Shown here: piece by piece, positions 39,301-51,740 of the stretch
Layout of the letters: each line of letters opens with the position of its first letter
How positions within the stretch are numbered: position 1 is the stretch's first letter
Assembly (NCBI GenBank): GCA_051294375.1
Contig: CM119270.1
Span: 7,008,053 to 7,072,052 of the forward strand
Source of the DNA: Paraspadella gotoi
Taxonomy: Eukaryota; Animalia; Chaetognatha
Length of the DNA: 64,000 bases
Direction: 5' to 3'
Position numbers and translations under genes: made by a program
The notes under the pieces: model-generated
Seen by the model: only the letters and a program-made list of their open reading frames with translations
The model's database searches: none
What the model was told of the DNA's origin: nothing

Positions 39301-42300
39301 GGTGGTTTAAGGCCTCCATCACTCTTACAAATAATGACATAGCAGGTCCCTGCAAGCTTTCAATCAAGACTCTTTCACAGTCTTGTTTATTCACTCCCAG
39401 AGTACCTGGCTTCCCTATCAATGAAGTGGAAATATTTCAAAGAATTTTCAATTGTATGAAAAGACCACTCCCTTAAGTATATATAACAGAACTTTATTTT
39501 ATAAAATTAAAAACTTCAGTTCAATAACACAAAGTTAAAGTAAAATTCCAGAGATCACAGAAAACTAGATCCAGTCTCCGACTTAACCATTGTCATTGCC
39601 TAAACTAATTCCTTAAATGCATGAACTTGTCTTTCAAGAGACAAGAGAACTTCATAATACAGAGCTTTTAATGATGAAAAGTGATAAATGCTGTCCCACT
39701 AATAAAAGCTAGGAAGGAAAATACATTAGTTCAAGAGTGAAGCTTTTAATCCATAATAAGGTTTAACAAATTTTTACTTACCTTTTATTACAATTCCAGA
39801 AGTCCTCTTCGATTTTGACCTTAGATACTTTCTTTCCTCCCTTCTTAAAATCCTTGTCTCCTTTTCGAGCAACGGCTTTTCGTCCGGAGCCCGACTGACT
39901 TCTTTTACGGCCTAAAGAATTAGAAATAGAATTAGAATAAGAAGTAAGAATAGAAAAACACACAAAGCTAAAGCGTAATCGCGAACCTTTCTTTCCGAAC
40001 TCATCGCCGAGTTTAAGCTGCTGTTCCGGGATTTCGTCGCTCGAATCCGTTTCGCTCGTGTCAATATTGAGTTTGCTTCGCTTGCGAAGTTGGATGCTAC
40101 GAGCCAGCGTCTTGTCCACCCGACGAGGCTGGCACAGTTCGCAGAAATACGTCTCGGGAATGTTTTCGCGATCCAAGCCCATGCAGTCCACGTGTTGCCA
40201 CACACTGAGAAAAAAACGATGGACGACAATGATATAAACTCATTAGTTATTAATCAGTGACAGCCAAATAGTTAAGTTAAAAAAATGCCAGAAAGGATTC
40301 TATAATTTATTCCTATGCCGTAAAAAAAAAGTAAGCACAATTGTTACTCACAGGCATCGATCGCAACAAATCATGTATCCGTCATCATGCTGCATCTCGC
40401 AAATGCATCTCGTGATGGAATCGTCCACAGCAGCTGCCGCGGAAAGGGCGCCTTGATCCGTGGAAGCTTTCGCTGAGGCAGTAACAGCAGTCGCCACGGC
40501 CGCCGCCATAGACGCTTCCGACCCACTTCCTGTCGCTCGTTTTTCCTTCTCAGCATCCAAAGCGGCATCGGCGATTTCGGAATGGGTCGACGCCGTTAAG
40601 ATGGGACGGAAAACCGGCGGCGCCGTTTCGATGGCGCTTCCTTTCAACGCGCAAGCAGCGCTTAGGCCGCCGGAATTAGTCGGCGCCAGCAGAGGCGGCT
40701 GTTCGCTGAGGGAATCGATTTGCTGAACGGAGCGCCCGATCGGGGGGACAATGTTTATCGCCGTGGCCGCTGCGGGTGATCGGGAAACGACGGGCGGCGG
40801 AGGGGGGGACGAAGGCGGCGAGGGAGGAGGAGGAGCACCATAGTTATGATCCTGGAAAAAGTATCGAATTTATTTATTAACAGTTGACGTTTGAGCTAAA
40901 TTTTAAAATAATATGAGAACGAAATGTACTTACCAAATATACTTGGTAAGGTAATCCGTAACACAAAGATTCTTTTTGCGACGGCTGCGGCTGCCTTACT
41001 TCGCTCTCCTTCGGGCCGGACAACAGCCTTGCTCTGGACAGACCGTGGGGAGACGCTTGTCCATGATGCTGCTGATGCGGCGCCTGTTGCTGCTGCGAAG
41101 ATTTCGCCGTTATGGTAGCAGCAGGGAGAGTGTAAGACAGGGGAGCAGGATGTCGTAACACAGAAGCAACAATCGGTTGCGGTGGGACCGCCGCCGCCGC
41201 CACGGAAAACGGCGGCGAACTAAAGATGCTGATCTGTTGAGGTTGCTCCACCTTGTTGTTATTATTCAGACCGACGGATATCGAAGCGCCTTGAGGGGAG
41301 GTTGCTGCGACCAAGCCCCCGGGAAGCGTCTTTACCGTTCGGACGACAGGCAACGAAACCGGCGCTCCTGGCGTCACCGACGAAGACGGCGCCACCGCGG
41401 GAACGAAGGACTTGACGCTCAACGACGACGAAGGATTACGTTGAATGACGTTGGTCGGCACAGGCGTCGACTTGATTTCCTGCGAGGAATAGAAGTGCGT
41501 CTGATGCCGGGACTGCACTACGCCCAGCGGTATGGAAGCCACCGAGACCGCTGGAGAACGGACTATCGAGGAAGAATTGATTTGTGAAGGCAACGTCGTA
41601 GCCGACGACGATGACGACATTGCTTGGGGCGTCGTCAGTATCGTCGAGTAGGTGAGGGAATTAAAGTCGAGAGCCTTTGGAGTCTGAGGGGCGGAATTAT
41701 TTACAACGGTGCGGAGCGCTAAAGGTTTCTGCATGATGGAGATGCTGTTAGCGGGCTGCATGGAAATCTTTTGCCCCGCCGGAACCGAGAGGGCGATGGG
41801 AGACGCGTTTGGTTTGGCCGAGAGTTGCAAGGGGATGTTGAGGGGAATGAAGGGGGCGTTGGGAGGTTGACTAGTGGCAACTATGTTGAGAGAACCCCGA
41901 TTGACGGCGGGCGACGAGGAATAGTTTATGGGAACCGCGGTTCCAAGCGGGGCCGCGCCGCCCTGATGCGAGGGGCTGAGGATTATGGGCGAGTTGGCGG
42001 CGATGGAATTTTGTCTAATGGCGACGAGTTGCGCTTCCGGAGCACCGCCGACACTAACGCCACTGCCATGAAAATGTTTCGAAACAACCGCGGAGCTCAG
42101 TGGCAACGAGCCTTGAACTAACGTTTTTGAGGTCGGCATCGTCAGGGGTTTGACGATAGTTCGGCCGGAATTGGGGTGCAGCTGAAGATGTGGAGAGCCC
42201 TTGGTGGGATGCCTTTGCATTACAGGGCTCGCGAGAGCCGTGCCGTGAAGGGCCCCTGAGCCGCTCGCCGGGGCTACAACGACGGGACCGGTCCCGGCAA

Positions 42301-42724
42301 CCGGGGTACTTTTTAAAGAAAAGCCCGAAACCATACCCGGCTTGTTAAGGGCGACGTTGTGAGTTTTTGCCGGGGACGACGGAACAGTTGACACGAATTT
42401 GATCGAGGGTTCCAATTTGAGTTGCATACCAACAACTGAAGTTGGCGTAGGCGCCACGGAGCTAAAGGAGGCGCCTACAGAGCTGATGCCGACGTTGGCG
42501 GCAGGGAGACTAGACACAGTAGCGCGCGACGAACCAGGGTTGGAAAAACTAATAACCTGAGGTGGCGTCGTCGTCGTCGTCGCGATCACGGTTCCCGTCG
42601 ATGACGAAGTTGTCGTCCCAGCGCCGGCTCCCGCTATGGACGGCGTCCCGACACCGCCGCTCGCGGCGCCAGCGTCGCCCGAAACGGATGATGCCGACGT
42701 GGCGGGCACCATCCGGATGATCAT
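30345..42724 (-). CDS. KMT2E: KMT2E/MLL5 (UpSET-like) PHD + inactive-type SET domain protein (~2620 aa)
   Basis: Exons 42724-40943, 40851-40352, 40204-39987, 39911-39782, 38253-38085, 37900-37652, 37578-37469, 35929-32452, 32036-31569, 31486-31330, 31113-31024, 30928-30857, 30796-30345, all phase-consistent. Motifs: GLPYQDHNYGAPPP, PHD (ITRCIC..HDDGYMICCDRC.VWQHVDCMG..YFCELCQPR), SET (EYKGKVML..GNETRYVRRACHPNAEV..EVTIPFDY), SREELKMEAIMKAFEKME, KKRWLRQA, PLKKRR, KKKMSLTEYRKRK. The start codon is the least certain element. Confidence 0.92.
36115..37181. mobile_element. Non-autonomous TIR DNA transposon (~1.07 kb; pogo/Fot1-like ends) in a KMT2E intron
   Basis: Left AGGGTAGTGGGGGGTAATTCGGAACA and right TGTTCCGAATTACCCCGCTCTACCCT are near-perfect 26-bp TIRs. 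Subterminal copies of GGTAATTC(G/A)GAA at ~36143 and ~36965-37002; AT-rich non-coding interior; no clear TSD. Confidence 0.75.
38896..39480. repeat. Tandem duplication of a ~262-bp unit (38896-39158, 39217-39480)
   Basis: Two nearly identical copies, TTTATGAAATTGGTACAACC...CCACTCCCTTAAGTAT, separated by ~58 bp; a third partial inverted copy lies at 55554-55729. Confidence 0.92.
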
Positions 42725-43079
42725 CGTCCTCAAATCAGGTCCATCCGATGGGAGGTGGCGCCGCCTCGTTCGGACGAGCGCGTCTTCACATAGTCAACCT
42801 CGGAGTCAAGAGTCGTCCTTCAGAGAGATTCCGGCGTCGCGGAATCCAGGGAACGAAATTCGGACCGAAATTCGTCGCGAAAAAATAATAAAAGTCTTGC
42901 GTCCATCACCCAAACAACTGTAAAAGCAAATTCAAAGGCGTAAAAGAACGGCTTTATTTTTTTCGGAATGTTAAGGCAGCTTCGTCATTCGTTGTCGATG
43001 AGAACGTCGCCGAATGGTGGCGTCGCGCGGGACAGGTGAAATCAAGTGAAGTATTAATAAATATTTAAAAAATAAAATG

Positions 43080-43480
43080 TAATGAACAATGGCGGCTTAA
43101 ATAAATTAATTTAGAAGTGATTCGGTTGAAGAAAACTCAGACTATTGATTTAAATTTAAGTTCGAAGTCAAAATTTAAAAAAATTGAAAACTGTGTTGAA
43201 TAAATCGAAATATGTCGGTGGCGAACGCGTCGACAAAAAAAAAATTGTCCGTCCGTCTCATTCTCCGCAAAAATGAAAAGCCTGTCCGTAGAATCGAGAA
43301 AAATCCAAGTTGGTCTCGACGATTAGGGCTTCCGCTTCCGTCGCGAGACGCCTTCCGATGCGTCAAGGCCTTGTCCGTGATCCGCGGACCCTTCGACGTC
43401 CGTCGCGACCTAAAAATTCACAATGGCTCCTTATTTACACTTTGACAAGCCAACATGGCGGAGGCTGTGACGTCACTAAG
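43080..43480. promoter_or_regulatory. Candidate KMT2E promoter / 5' region
   Basis: CpG-rich; YY1-like CAACATGGCGG (~43451) and CAATGGCGGC (~43087), palindromic CRE GTGACGTCAC (~43467); likely 5'UTR acceptor TTTTACAG near 42918. Confidence 0.4.
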
Positions 43481-44188
43481 TTATGCGAGGACCCGAAGGA
43501 ATAAATTAGCGTCGCCTGCGTCGTCGTCTACGTCGTCGTCGTTGAGACGCCCTCTTTGCCCCGGTCGTCCTCATCCGGGGCCCTTTGACGCCGCGACGCC
43601 GCGGCGCGTTCCCCGCGGACGCGCAACGAACGACGCAGGCGCACAAACTTTTTCCTTCTCTCCTCCTCTTCCTTTTCCTCCTCCTCCTCCTCTTCGACCC
43701 TTGACGACAAAGGAAAAGAAAGAGAGAGAGAGAGTCAGGGACATGGCGCCTCCGATGGCGAACGGACAGGGGGAAAATCGGGCTGAACAAAAGGGCAGAA
43801 TGATATTAGTAGATTAGTAATAGCATTAGGCTGGTCTGCCGACTGGTTAAGAAGGTGGGCTGCGAGCTGAAGGCAACATTGAACTCCGGGAAAAATTACA
43901 ATTATTCGCTTCATAAATTTAAATCTTAAAATTGAATTTTTTAGGAGGTGGGTTTATTGCTCGTTAATTTAGGAATCTTTTAAGTTTAACTGTTGAGTAT
44001 ATTCCCCGAATTGTTTCGAGCTTCCTCTACTAGCTGACATTATCTAAAATTATCTATAATGATATATAATTTTACTTTTTGGAATTTGGGACAATTAGAT
44101 TCGTTTCCACCACTTAATCCCAACTTCAAAATAAAAGGCTCTGGTGGTCCTATCACCACAGATGGATTTAAGCTGTTTCTTTCACAGC

Positions 44189-44410
44189 GCCTCAGTGGCT
44201 CAGTGGACTAATGCACCATCCCAATGTGCGTCCCTGGTTCGAGCCCTGAGGTTGTCATGTAGAAAGTGGGATGGACCGGGTAACCCGCCTGTAGGCATGG
44301 GCCTACTGCCAGATCCAAAGCTCTGGACTACATGAACATGCTGTCTCGCTGTTGCCACGAGGTGACACCGCTGCGGGTGTGGCGCCCTGTAAAACCAGCC
44401 TCTTCAAGGC
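44189..44410 (+). mobile_element. tRNA-derived SINE
   Basis: 7-bp acceptor stem GCCTCAG/CTGAGGT, A-box TGGCTCAGTGG, B-box GGTTCGAGCC; body 44268-44350 is homologous to 60934-61023. Confidence 0.7.
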
Positions 44411-44841
44411 AATCTTTTTGAATAACTGAAATTAAAAAAATCACAAGAGCCAGCGGGTCTAGGCAGGCTCGACCTCGTATCCCGGAGGCTTGGGGCTTGA
44501 GCCTTGTCTCACTCAGTTAGAGTCCCGTTCTTATCAGTATAGTTAATATCGTTTAAATGATTTCGCACGAATCCGAATACTAATATTATATTAAATAAAT
44601 ATCTGAAATCACCTTAAGTAAAGTAATAAGTTGTATAAAATAGTCGATGAGAAGTTCCAGTCGTCCATCCAACTTAAAATTAGCTTAAATTTAATAAAAA
44701 TGAAAACCTATCACCTCTACGCCAAGAAAACTAACTTGCTATGATTCAAAAATCGGTAGAAGGTAAAGTATAAAAACACAATTTTATTGACACGCAACCC
44801 GAAATAGTTTCGGAATGAGACACTAGTTTATTAAATTCATT

Positions 44842-47800
44842 TTATTTATCGACTAATGCGACGCAATCGTCATGTAGCAGAATAGAGAGTTTGTTCGATG
44901 GATTCACGGACGAATCTTTGACATCTTCTTTTTCGCCGTCGTCGTTTTCCACGTCCTCGTCGTCATGACTAATGTCCTCCCATTCGTCGTCGTCGTCGTC
45001 TCCACCCGAGATGGCATCGTCTGCCATCTGTGCCTTTTTCGAATTCGCGCTGTCGGTCGATTCGTCTCTTTGTTGGTCGGTTACTTTCTTTCCGTCATTC
45101 TTTCTTTCGACGCAAAGGCCTGGAAAAAAAAATTATATGGATTGTAAAAGCAGAAGAAATAAAAAAATAATAAATTTATATAGGAACAGGTCTTAACGAA
45201 TAAAGCGATAAAACCGGTTACATTCTCACATAAAATGATCTCACCCGTTATCGAAAACGCATTATTCTTACCTTCGATGCCACTGGTGAGACTGAAGCCC
45301 TCACCCAAAATATCCTCGGGTTTGAGCAAAAGTTCATCCAATTCATCTTCTGGATTGTATTCGTCCAATTCGATTTCGTCTTCTCGACTCCTAGAGATTA
45401 AAATAAAAGAATAAATGTTCAGATAAAATACTTGAAATTGACCACATCATATTTTTTTAGTCGGATCTGCTTTGTTGGTCCGTCGGTCCCACTCCAAAAG
45501 GTTGTCGGGCAATCACTTAAATCATGTCAGAACACCAAGTTATGATAAATTAAGCAAAAAAACAAAACAATGTCCGTCTGTCCGTCCCCCCTTAGCATTA
45601 AACTCGTGATTGGATGGTTGGATTGGAATGAAATTTTGTGTGTGCGTGGGAAAGTGTGTGATTGAGCTGGATATAAAATTTCTATGGAATCGTGCAAGTG
45701 GAAATGAGTTTAAATGGAAGACAAAAGTCATATTTACTTGAAGTATTTTTACTTATATTTATTCATTATAATTATATTTATTAAAAATTGAATAGATAAA
45801 TTGATATGAAATTTTGTGTGTGGGTAGGAAAGTATGTGATTAAGCTGGATAGTTTTGATAGAATCGTCCAAGTGGAAACGAGTTTAAATTAGAAAACCAA
45901 AAGAAACATTTATTTGAATTTTTAAAAGTTTCTCTCTATCTGATTGATTGATTGATTGAATTATGCCAGTTGACCAAATTATGCCAGTTAATAAAATTAT
46001 GCCGGTTGACCAAATTATGCCGGTTGACCAAATTATGTCTGTTGACCAAATTATGCAAGTACTTAATGGCGCAGCAACTGGTAAAGATTTGATTTATAGA
46101 TTTACTCATAGATTTATTAAGAAGTTTGTTTTGATTTGTTATGTTTCGATTTGTTATGATCTTAAATTGAAAGTCAGAAAAAAATTACCGTGATTTATAA
46201 TCGGATTAGCTTATTACCGCTTAATTATGGTAGGCAGATCCGACATTGTTTGCTCAAACTTGTTTTCGTTCCATTTACCTGTTCTCGCGTTGCTTTTTGA
46301 TGTCGGCCAATATTTTCGATTTTGGCGAAAGAATAAAAGATGGAGGATTCGGTCGTCGACTCTCCCGCTGAGACTTCAAGCTTTGGGAACCTGCAAAAAA
46401 ATGATTTTAATTAATTTATTTCTTAACATTATCAGAATACAAACAATATGAATATTGTAATTAAAGTCAGTATGTTTCCCTGTAAAAATAACACGAGCAT
46501 CGTCGTTCTTAAATCAAATACTTACCTTTCGGCGGCGTTCTCTGCGGTTTCGCCGAACGTCCGTCTAATAGGCCCGCCACGTTGAAGTCTGCAGCTTTCG
46601 AGGTCGAGTCGTTAGAATCTGTCGCGGAGTTACCGGGGTCTTTCGACGTCTGTAACGTTTCTTTCGAAGTCAAAAGTGAATCGGATTCTCGGTGAACTTT
46701 TTGCTCGGCGAGGTCGTTGGCTCTGGGGGTCAACGCTGCGTCGATTTCGGGGTTTTCAGCTTTCACTCCAGCTGCGGTGAATGCTGCGTCGGCGGTCGAG
46801 TCGTCGTCATCCGGAAGCCACGCCGCCTCCGCCGATTTTCTTAAATCCTCCTCAGCCAGACGTAGCGCCTCTTCCGGACTCAGGCGCAATTTGATCTTTA
46901 ACGTGTGACCCAACGCTTCGACGCGCCGGGAGGTGGAGGGGGCGCCAGAGTCTGAAGCGCCGCTTTTCTCCGGCGACGACGTCCACGACGAGGCCGAAGG
47001 CGCTGGAGACGACGCCGAGGACGGGGATGCTGGTAACGAGATTTTATCGGGACTGACGGCAACGTTGTTTGCTCGGGGCGGTTGTCGCCATCCCGGCTGC
47101 AGATCCGCCGGCATCTGAATCTTGACCAGTTGCTGCTGTTGTCTGGGCTGTCGCTGCTGTTGGGATGCACGAGAGCCAGACGGGTAACGGGTTCTAGACT
47201 GGTTACGGGCGTGGGATGAAATGTCGGTTCGGCCACCCGAACGTCGGGGTTTTGCTTGAAGGGATGCTGGAAGGGGAAGATTGAAGATTTAGTTAGAATC
47301 TATCAAATTTGAAAACTTTTTATTCCTATAATGGGGTTACCGTACTAAAAAAAAATCGCTAGCAAAATGAATTTTTTGTCACGGTTCACATTCAAATACA
47401 ACCACAAATAAATAAATATAAGAAGCCCAGTAGGAAAGTTATAGCTATAAAGACGTGGTCAGCAAAAGAGGCTAGTTAAAAATACGAGCAGCATGCGATA
47501 TAAATTTCAACAAGCAGTATTAGTTGAGTAAAGTGGTAGGAAACAAAGTCCAGTTAGCATACTGAAAGCGTGCATAGAGACACGTGCGATCCATAGTGCA
47601 CAGTCCACGTGTTTTACCATTTGCTGGAGTGACGCGAGGATAACTCGCCGTTCGCGAATTACTACTTTCTGAACTGTTTAAACGCTTCGAGGGTTGCTCC
47701 ACGAGCTGCTCCGCGCGTTTATGGAGCTGTTGCTGCTGCTGCTGTAGCATGGCGAAAGACGCGGCCAAGGGCTGAAGGTTGAAGGGAGCCGGGGCTGTAG

Positions 47801-50800
47801 CGGGAGCGGAAGCGAAAAAAGGAGCCGGTTGCGTCGTTTGATACTGCTGTTGTTGCTGTACTTGCTGCGACTGCCGCAGTCTTTGTCGGATCAGTTGTGC
47901 CTGCTGCAGTTGCTGCGGGGAGGGCGCGATCGCGGCGAAGGTTGGGGCAGCGAACGAAGGTGGAGCGGAGAAGGTCGAGACCGGCGCCGGGGCTACCGGA
48001 GAGAACGCCGGCGACGCCGCTCCGATAAACGGAGGGGATTTAGGCGTCGGCACGAAAGGAACCGCCGTCGGTTGCAACTTCGAGGCCAAAACATCGACGT
48101 TGGCTAAGGGCGGCGCCATTGGTCGCCCGAAAAAAAGCGTCGTTGGCGGCGCCGCTACGGAAACCGGCGTGGCGCTGCCGAAGATCGCGGGCGCTCTGAG
48201 AGGAGGCGCCGTCGACGAAGTAGGCGACGCAAATGTGGGCGGCGCGACCAACGGACGACCGGACGTCGACGTCGCCAAGGAAGACGAAATCGAGATGAGA
48301 GCCACTCTCGGAGGAGAGACGGCCTGCTTCCTGGGCGTCGTCGATGACGTGGTTGGTGGCGCCGCTGAAACTGACGGCGCCGAAAAGGTAACGCTTTGCG
48401 ACGTTGGCGGCGAAGTTGCTTTGCTGGACAAACGAGAGTCTCCCGTGTTGAGGAATCGACCGCTGCCGATACGGCTCCCTTGAAGTGCGACGAAAGGGTT
48501 GTAGCGGGAACGATGGAGCGGTGGTCGTCGAGCGGGAGAAGAGGAGCGGTGAAGGAGCGGTGAAGGAGCGGGTAGATGAAGCATACAATGTTGATAATGT
48601 GGATAAGTAGGGATAGTGGGTGTTGGGAAAGAAAGACCAAATAGGGAAGAGGGGTAGAAAGATTAAGAAAGAAAGAAAGAAAAAATATGAAGGAAAGAGA
48701 AAGAAAGAAAGAAATAAAGAAAAAGAAAGAAAGAAATAAAGAAAAAGAAATAAAGAGAAAGAAAGAAAGAAAAAGAAATAAAGATAAAGAAAAAGAAAGA
48801 AAAAAGAAAAAAAAAGCAAAAAAAAAAAGAAGAAAGAAAGCAAAAAGAAAAAAAGGAAAGAAAGAAAACATTCAAAACAAGTGTAAAAGAAAAGAGCAAA
48901 TAGAGAGTTCAAATTAGTTATTTTGTGACCATACAACTCCAGTTGCGTGATATTGATACAGCGTCTATACCTATTTTATACATATGGAAAAATATGTATT
49001 TCTATACCTAGAGTTTGGTTCGTTTTAATCTAAAATCTAAGAATAAACGTTATGTATGGTAAAATTTGGTGTTTAGATTTGCTTTGTTTTCGTTGTTATT
49101 TCGGGATTTCGATCTATTATTTTTACTCACCCGATCCTTTTATGTTTTTGGTGTTTTGTCTCGCCCCGAAAAGCGGCGCTGGTTTGGCACCACCCTCCTC
49201 GACTTGCGGCGTCGATTTAACAACGCCGTCTTCGAAATGAGGGGGCGACTTAGCGGCGGTTGCGTCTTCGCAGTTTCGATTCGTATTCGCGTTGCCTTCA
49301 GTTTTGGATGAGAATCTCTGAGGCGCTTCCTCGCTCTCCCACACCGCGGCAATCTCTCTCTCTCTTCTCTCTCCCAATCTGTCCTTGATTGACCCGCCCT
49401 CTACTTTAGCGGACGAGTCCGAGAACGCCGCGTCAGTCCCGCCACGCCGCTCGGCGCCCTTCTCGGCGTCCCAGGCGCGCTTCCAGGAACCGGAAGTGCT
49501 CTTGGCGCGCTTTACGCGTTCGTCGTCGATGGCCGCGCGTTCTTTGCGCCACGTGGCGTAGTTGGCATCTCCTTTGGCGTCCTGGCGGAAGAGGAACGAA
49601 CAATTCAAAAAATTACAGACGGAGCTAATTGAAGCAAATTAAGCAGACAATTAAAACTTTCTCACCTCATTTGGGTGGGTTTCGTTTCTCGCTTCAGTCC
49701 CATCTTCCCATTTTTGCGCATCTTCAAAATTTTCGTTACGTCTGAAAACAACAATGACAATGAAAAGCTAAAGAAATAAAATAAAAGCATCTCTGAAATT
49801 GATATCAAAATATGATAAGAAAAAAAAAGGTAAAACTTTTGGTGAAATAAAAACGTATCGAAAAGAATAAAAACATCTTAATTGTTTTCAAAATTGTCGG
49901 GTCATCTTTATATCAACAACGCTTTATTATTTTGTCTTTTTATTCAAATTCTCATATCCCTTTCCCCTCCCAAATATTTTTTCACCTCCATTCCTTCCCG
50001 CCCTTAGGCCTGCCGCCCCTTCGACCCTCAGCTCCGGGCGCCGCTCCAGAGTGCCACGCCGGTTTTCCGCCATCTCGGTTCCTCGAAGCCGATGACGCCG
50101 GTTCGTCGCGTCTGCCGGCGGCGCCGCTTCGCCGTTTGAGATTCTGCGGCGACCGCTCTTCGTCTGAGACGAAAGGGTTGAGGGGGTGGCTGTAGCCGTT
50201 GGAGACGGGATCGTGATGCTGCTTTAGCTGCGTCTGTTGCTGTGTCTGCTGCTGCTGTTGCTGCTGCTGAGGCGACGCTTGGCCTACTTGATCGACGGCT
50301 TTGCCTTGAAGGGAAGCCAGGCGACGACCGCGGCCGGCGGCGTAGAGGGATGGGCGGATTTTCTTGCGTTCGGCCTGAGGTTTGGGTAGAAGGATGAGGT
50401 GTGGGCGAGTAGAAGGGAAAGAAAATAAGGTGTTACTGATAAATTTTTAACGATCGAATGGTCATTGGAGCAGATTGTTAATGTGTAGCGTCGAATAGTC
50501 AAACAGACAAATAATTAACGTTCAAAGATAATTAAGTTCAAAGAGAAAAAAAAAAATTCTCTCATCGCAAAATGTTTTCGCAAACAGGAGTGACTTTCGA
50601 AGTATTTTAATCTCTAGATTTTTTTTTCAACTCAGTTGAACGAAAGTAGGTTAACAAGCAAAGACAGAAAAATATAAAGAAAACTTAATATATGTTAGTT
50701 ATCCCATGTTCTTTTCTAATCGGGTTTATATATATCTGTTTTAAATTTTAAAAAATCATAATCCAAAGTTTCAAGTTTTACTATGAACTCACCGAAAGGT

Positions 50801-51720
50801 TCATGTTGAACTCAGGGCCGAAATGCACCACTTCATTGGACCCCAAACTAGGTTGACCCTTGACCCCGTCCGCTTGATTCTTGACCCCGTGACCCAAGCG
50901 ATGGGTCAGGTCGGATCCTTCGTGACTGACCAGCGAAGAAGTTTGTCTCCTCATGTCGAGATTCGCGTTTTTGTCTTTTGCCGATTTTTTGTCCTCTTCA
51001 ATTTCCTGGAAAAGAAAAAAAAAATAAAAAAAGTTGAGTATAAAGTTATAAACCAAAGGAAAGATAATATGTTCGAGTATAAATCATAACAGATTCCTGC
51101 AACTGAATTAAATACAAAAGGTAGCAAGGCAATTTTAAAATTTTAATTGCAACGACATCTCTGGTTTGTAACCAAAAAAAAAATGTTTGGAAACGTCTCC
51201 ACCGAAAGAATTCGAAAATAAAAAGTTTGTTTCGTCACGTCAGTGAATCCGGGATATTTTCCGTTTGACGGGAATAATAAACGTCAAAAGTCCTTGATTT
51301 TTGGAGAAAATAAAAACCTTTATTATCGTAATAATTATCATGATTGATTAATTGTCGTGGATGCTCTTACATAAACTAAATTCGAAAGCAGCAATTCTTC
51401 TCGTTCACTAGAAAACCTTATTTTAAATCTTCATAAATAGAACTTACAACCGGTATTTATATTTTTCCTATCGATGGTAAATGAAAATGACCACAAAGAA
51501 AAAAAACTATATTACTCACCTGATGACGCTTTTGAATGGCTTCGTTCTTTTTTCGTATTTCCTCCATCTTCTTGTTGATCCTCGCCTCCTTTTCTTCTTT
51601 CGTCATTTCCCACCCTCCACCATCGCCATCTCCACCACCGCCATCTCCACCACCGCCACCGCCCGCCCCCCTTCCGCCCCCCGCCTGGCGTCCTTGTCGC
51701 TCTTTCACTTTCGACGACAT
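44842..51720 (-). CDS. CCDC9: CCDC9-like coiled-coil protein (up to ~1146 aa)
   Basis: Exons 51720-51520, 51005-50793, 50374-49986, 49741-49666, 49581-49131, 48478-47618, 47266-46526, 46390-46279, 45390-45272, 45119-44842, phase-consistent. CCDC9-type blocks: TKEEKEARINKKMEEIRKKNEAIQKRHQEIEEDKK, YATWRKERAAIDDERVKRAKSTSGSWKRAWDAEK, DDEWEDIS. Middle low-complexity exons rest on splice signals and composition only. Probable non-coding exon 1 ends at ~52961. Confidence 0.8.
45452..45903. mobile_element. DINE/HINE-like repeat fragments with an internal ~100-bp direct duplication
   Basis: TTTTTAGTCG..GGTCCGTCGGTCC and GTCCGTCTGTCCGTC micro-repeats; ATGAAATTTTGTGTGTG...AAGTGGAAA.GAGTTTAAAT occurs at ~45628 and ~45806. 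Confidence 0.45.
45959..46056. repeat. 18-bp tandem repeat, ~5 copies
   Basis: Unit AATTATGCCRGTTGACCA; explains the MPVDQI ORF. Confidence 0.9.
48655..48870. repeat. A/G-rich low-complexity (GAAA)n-like tract in a CCDC9 intron
   Basis: Almost pure purine run on the + strand. Confidence 0.9.
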
Positions 51721-51740
51721 CACTTTCTGACTCTGGAGAG

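Noticed and set aside
43455-43817. 120-aa + strand ORF divergent from KMT2E
   Set aside because: No recognisable domain; the ATG coincides with a YY1-like motif in GC-rich promoter sequence.
47641-47650. Possible third GC donor ACG|GCGAGT in CCDC9
   Set aside because: It is phase 0; the next exon needs phase 1, supplied by G|GTAAAA at 47617.
48040-48936. Phe/Leu/Ser-rich membrane-like ORFs
   Set aside because: Produced by the purine low-complexity tract running into a real exon out of frame.
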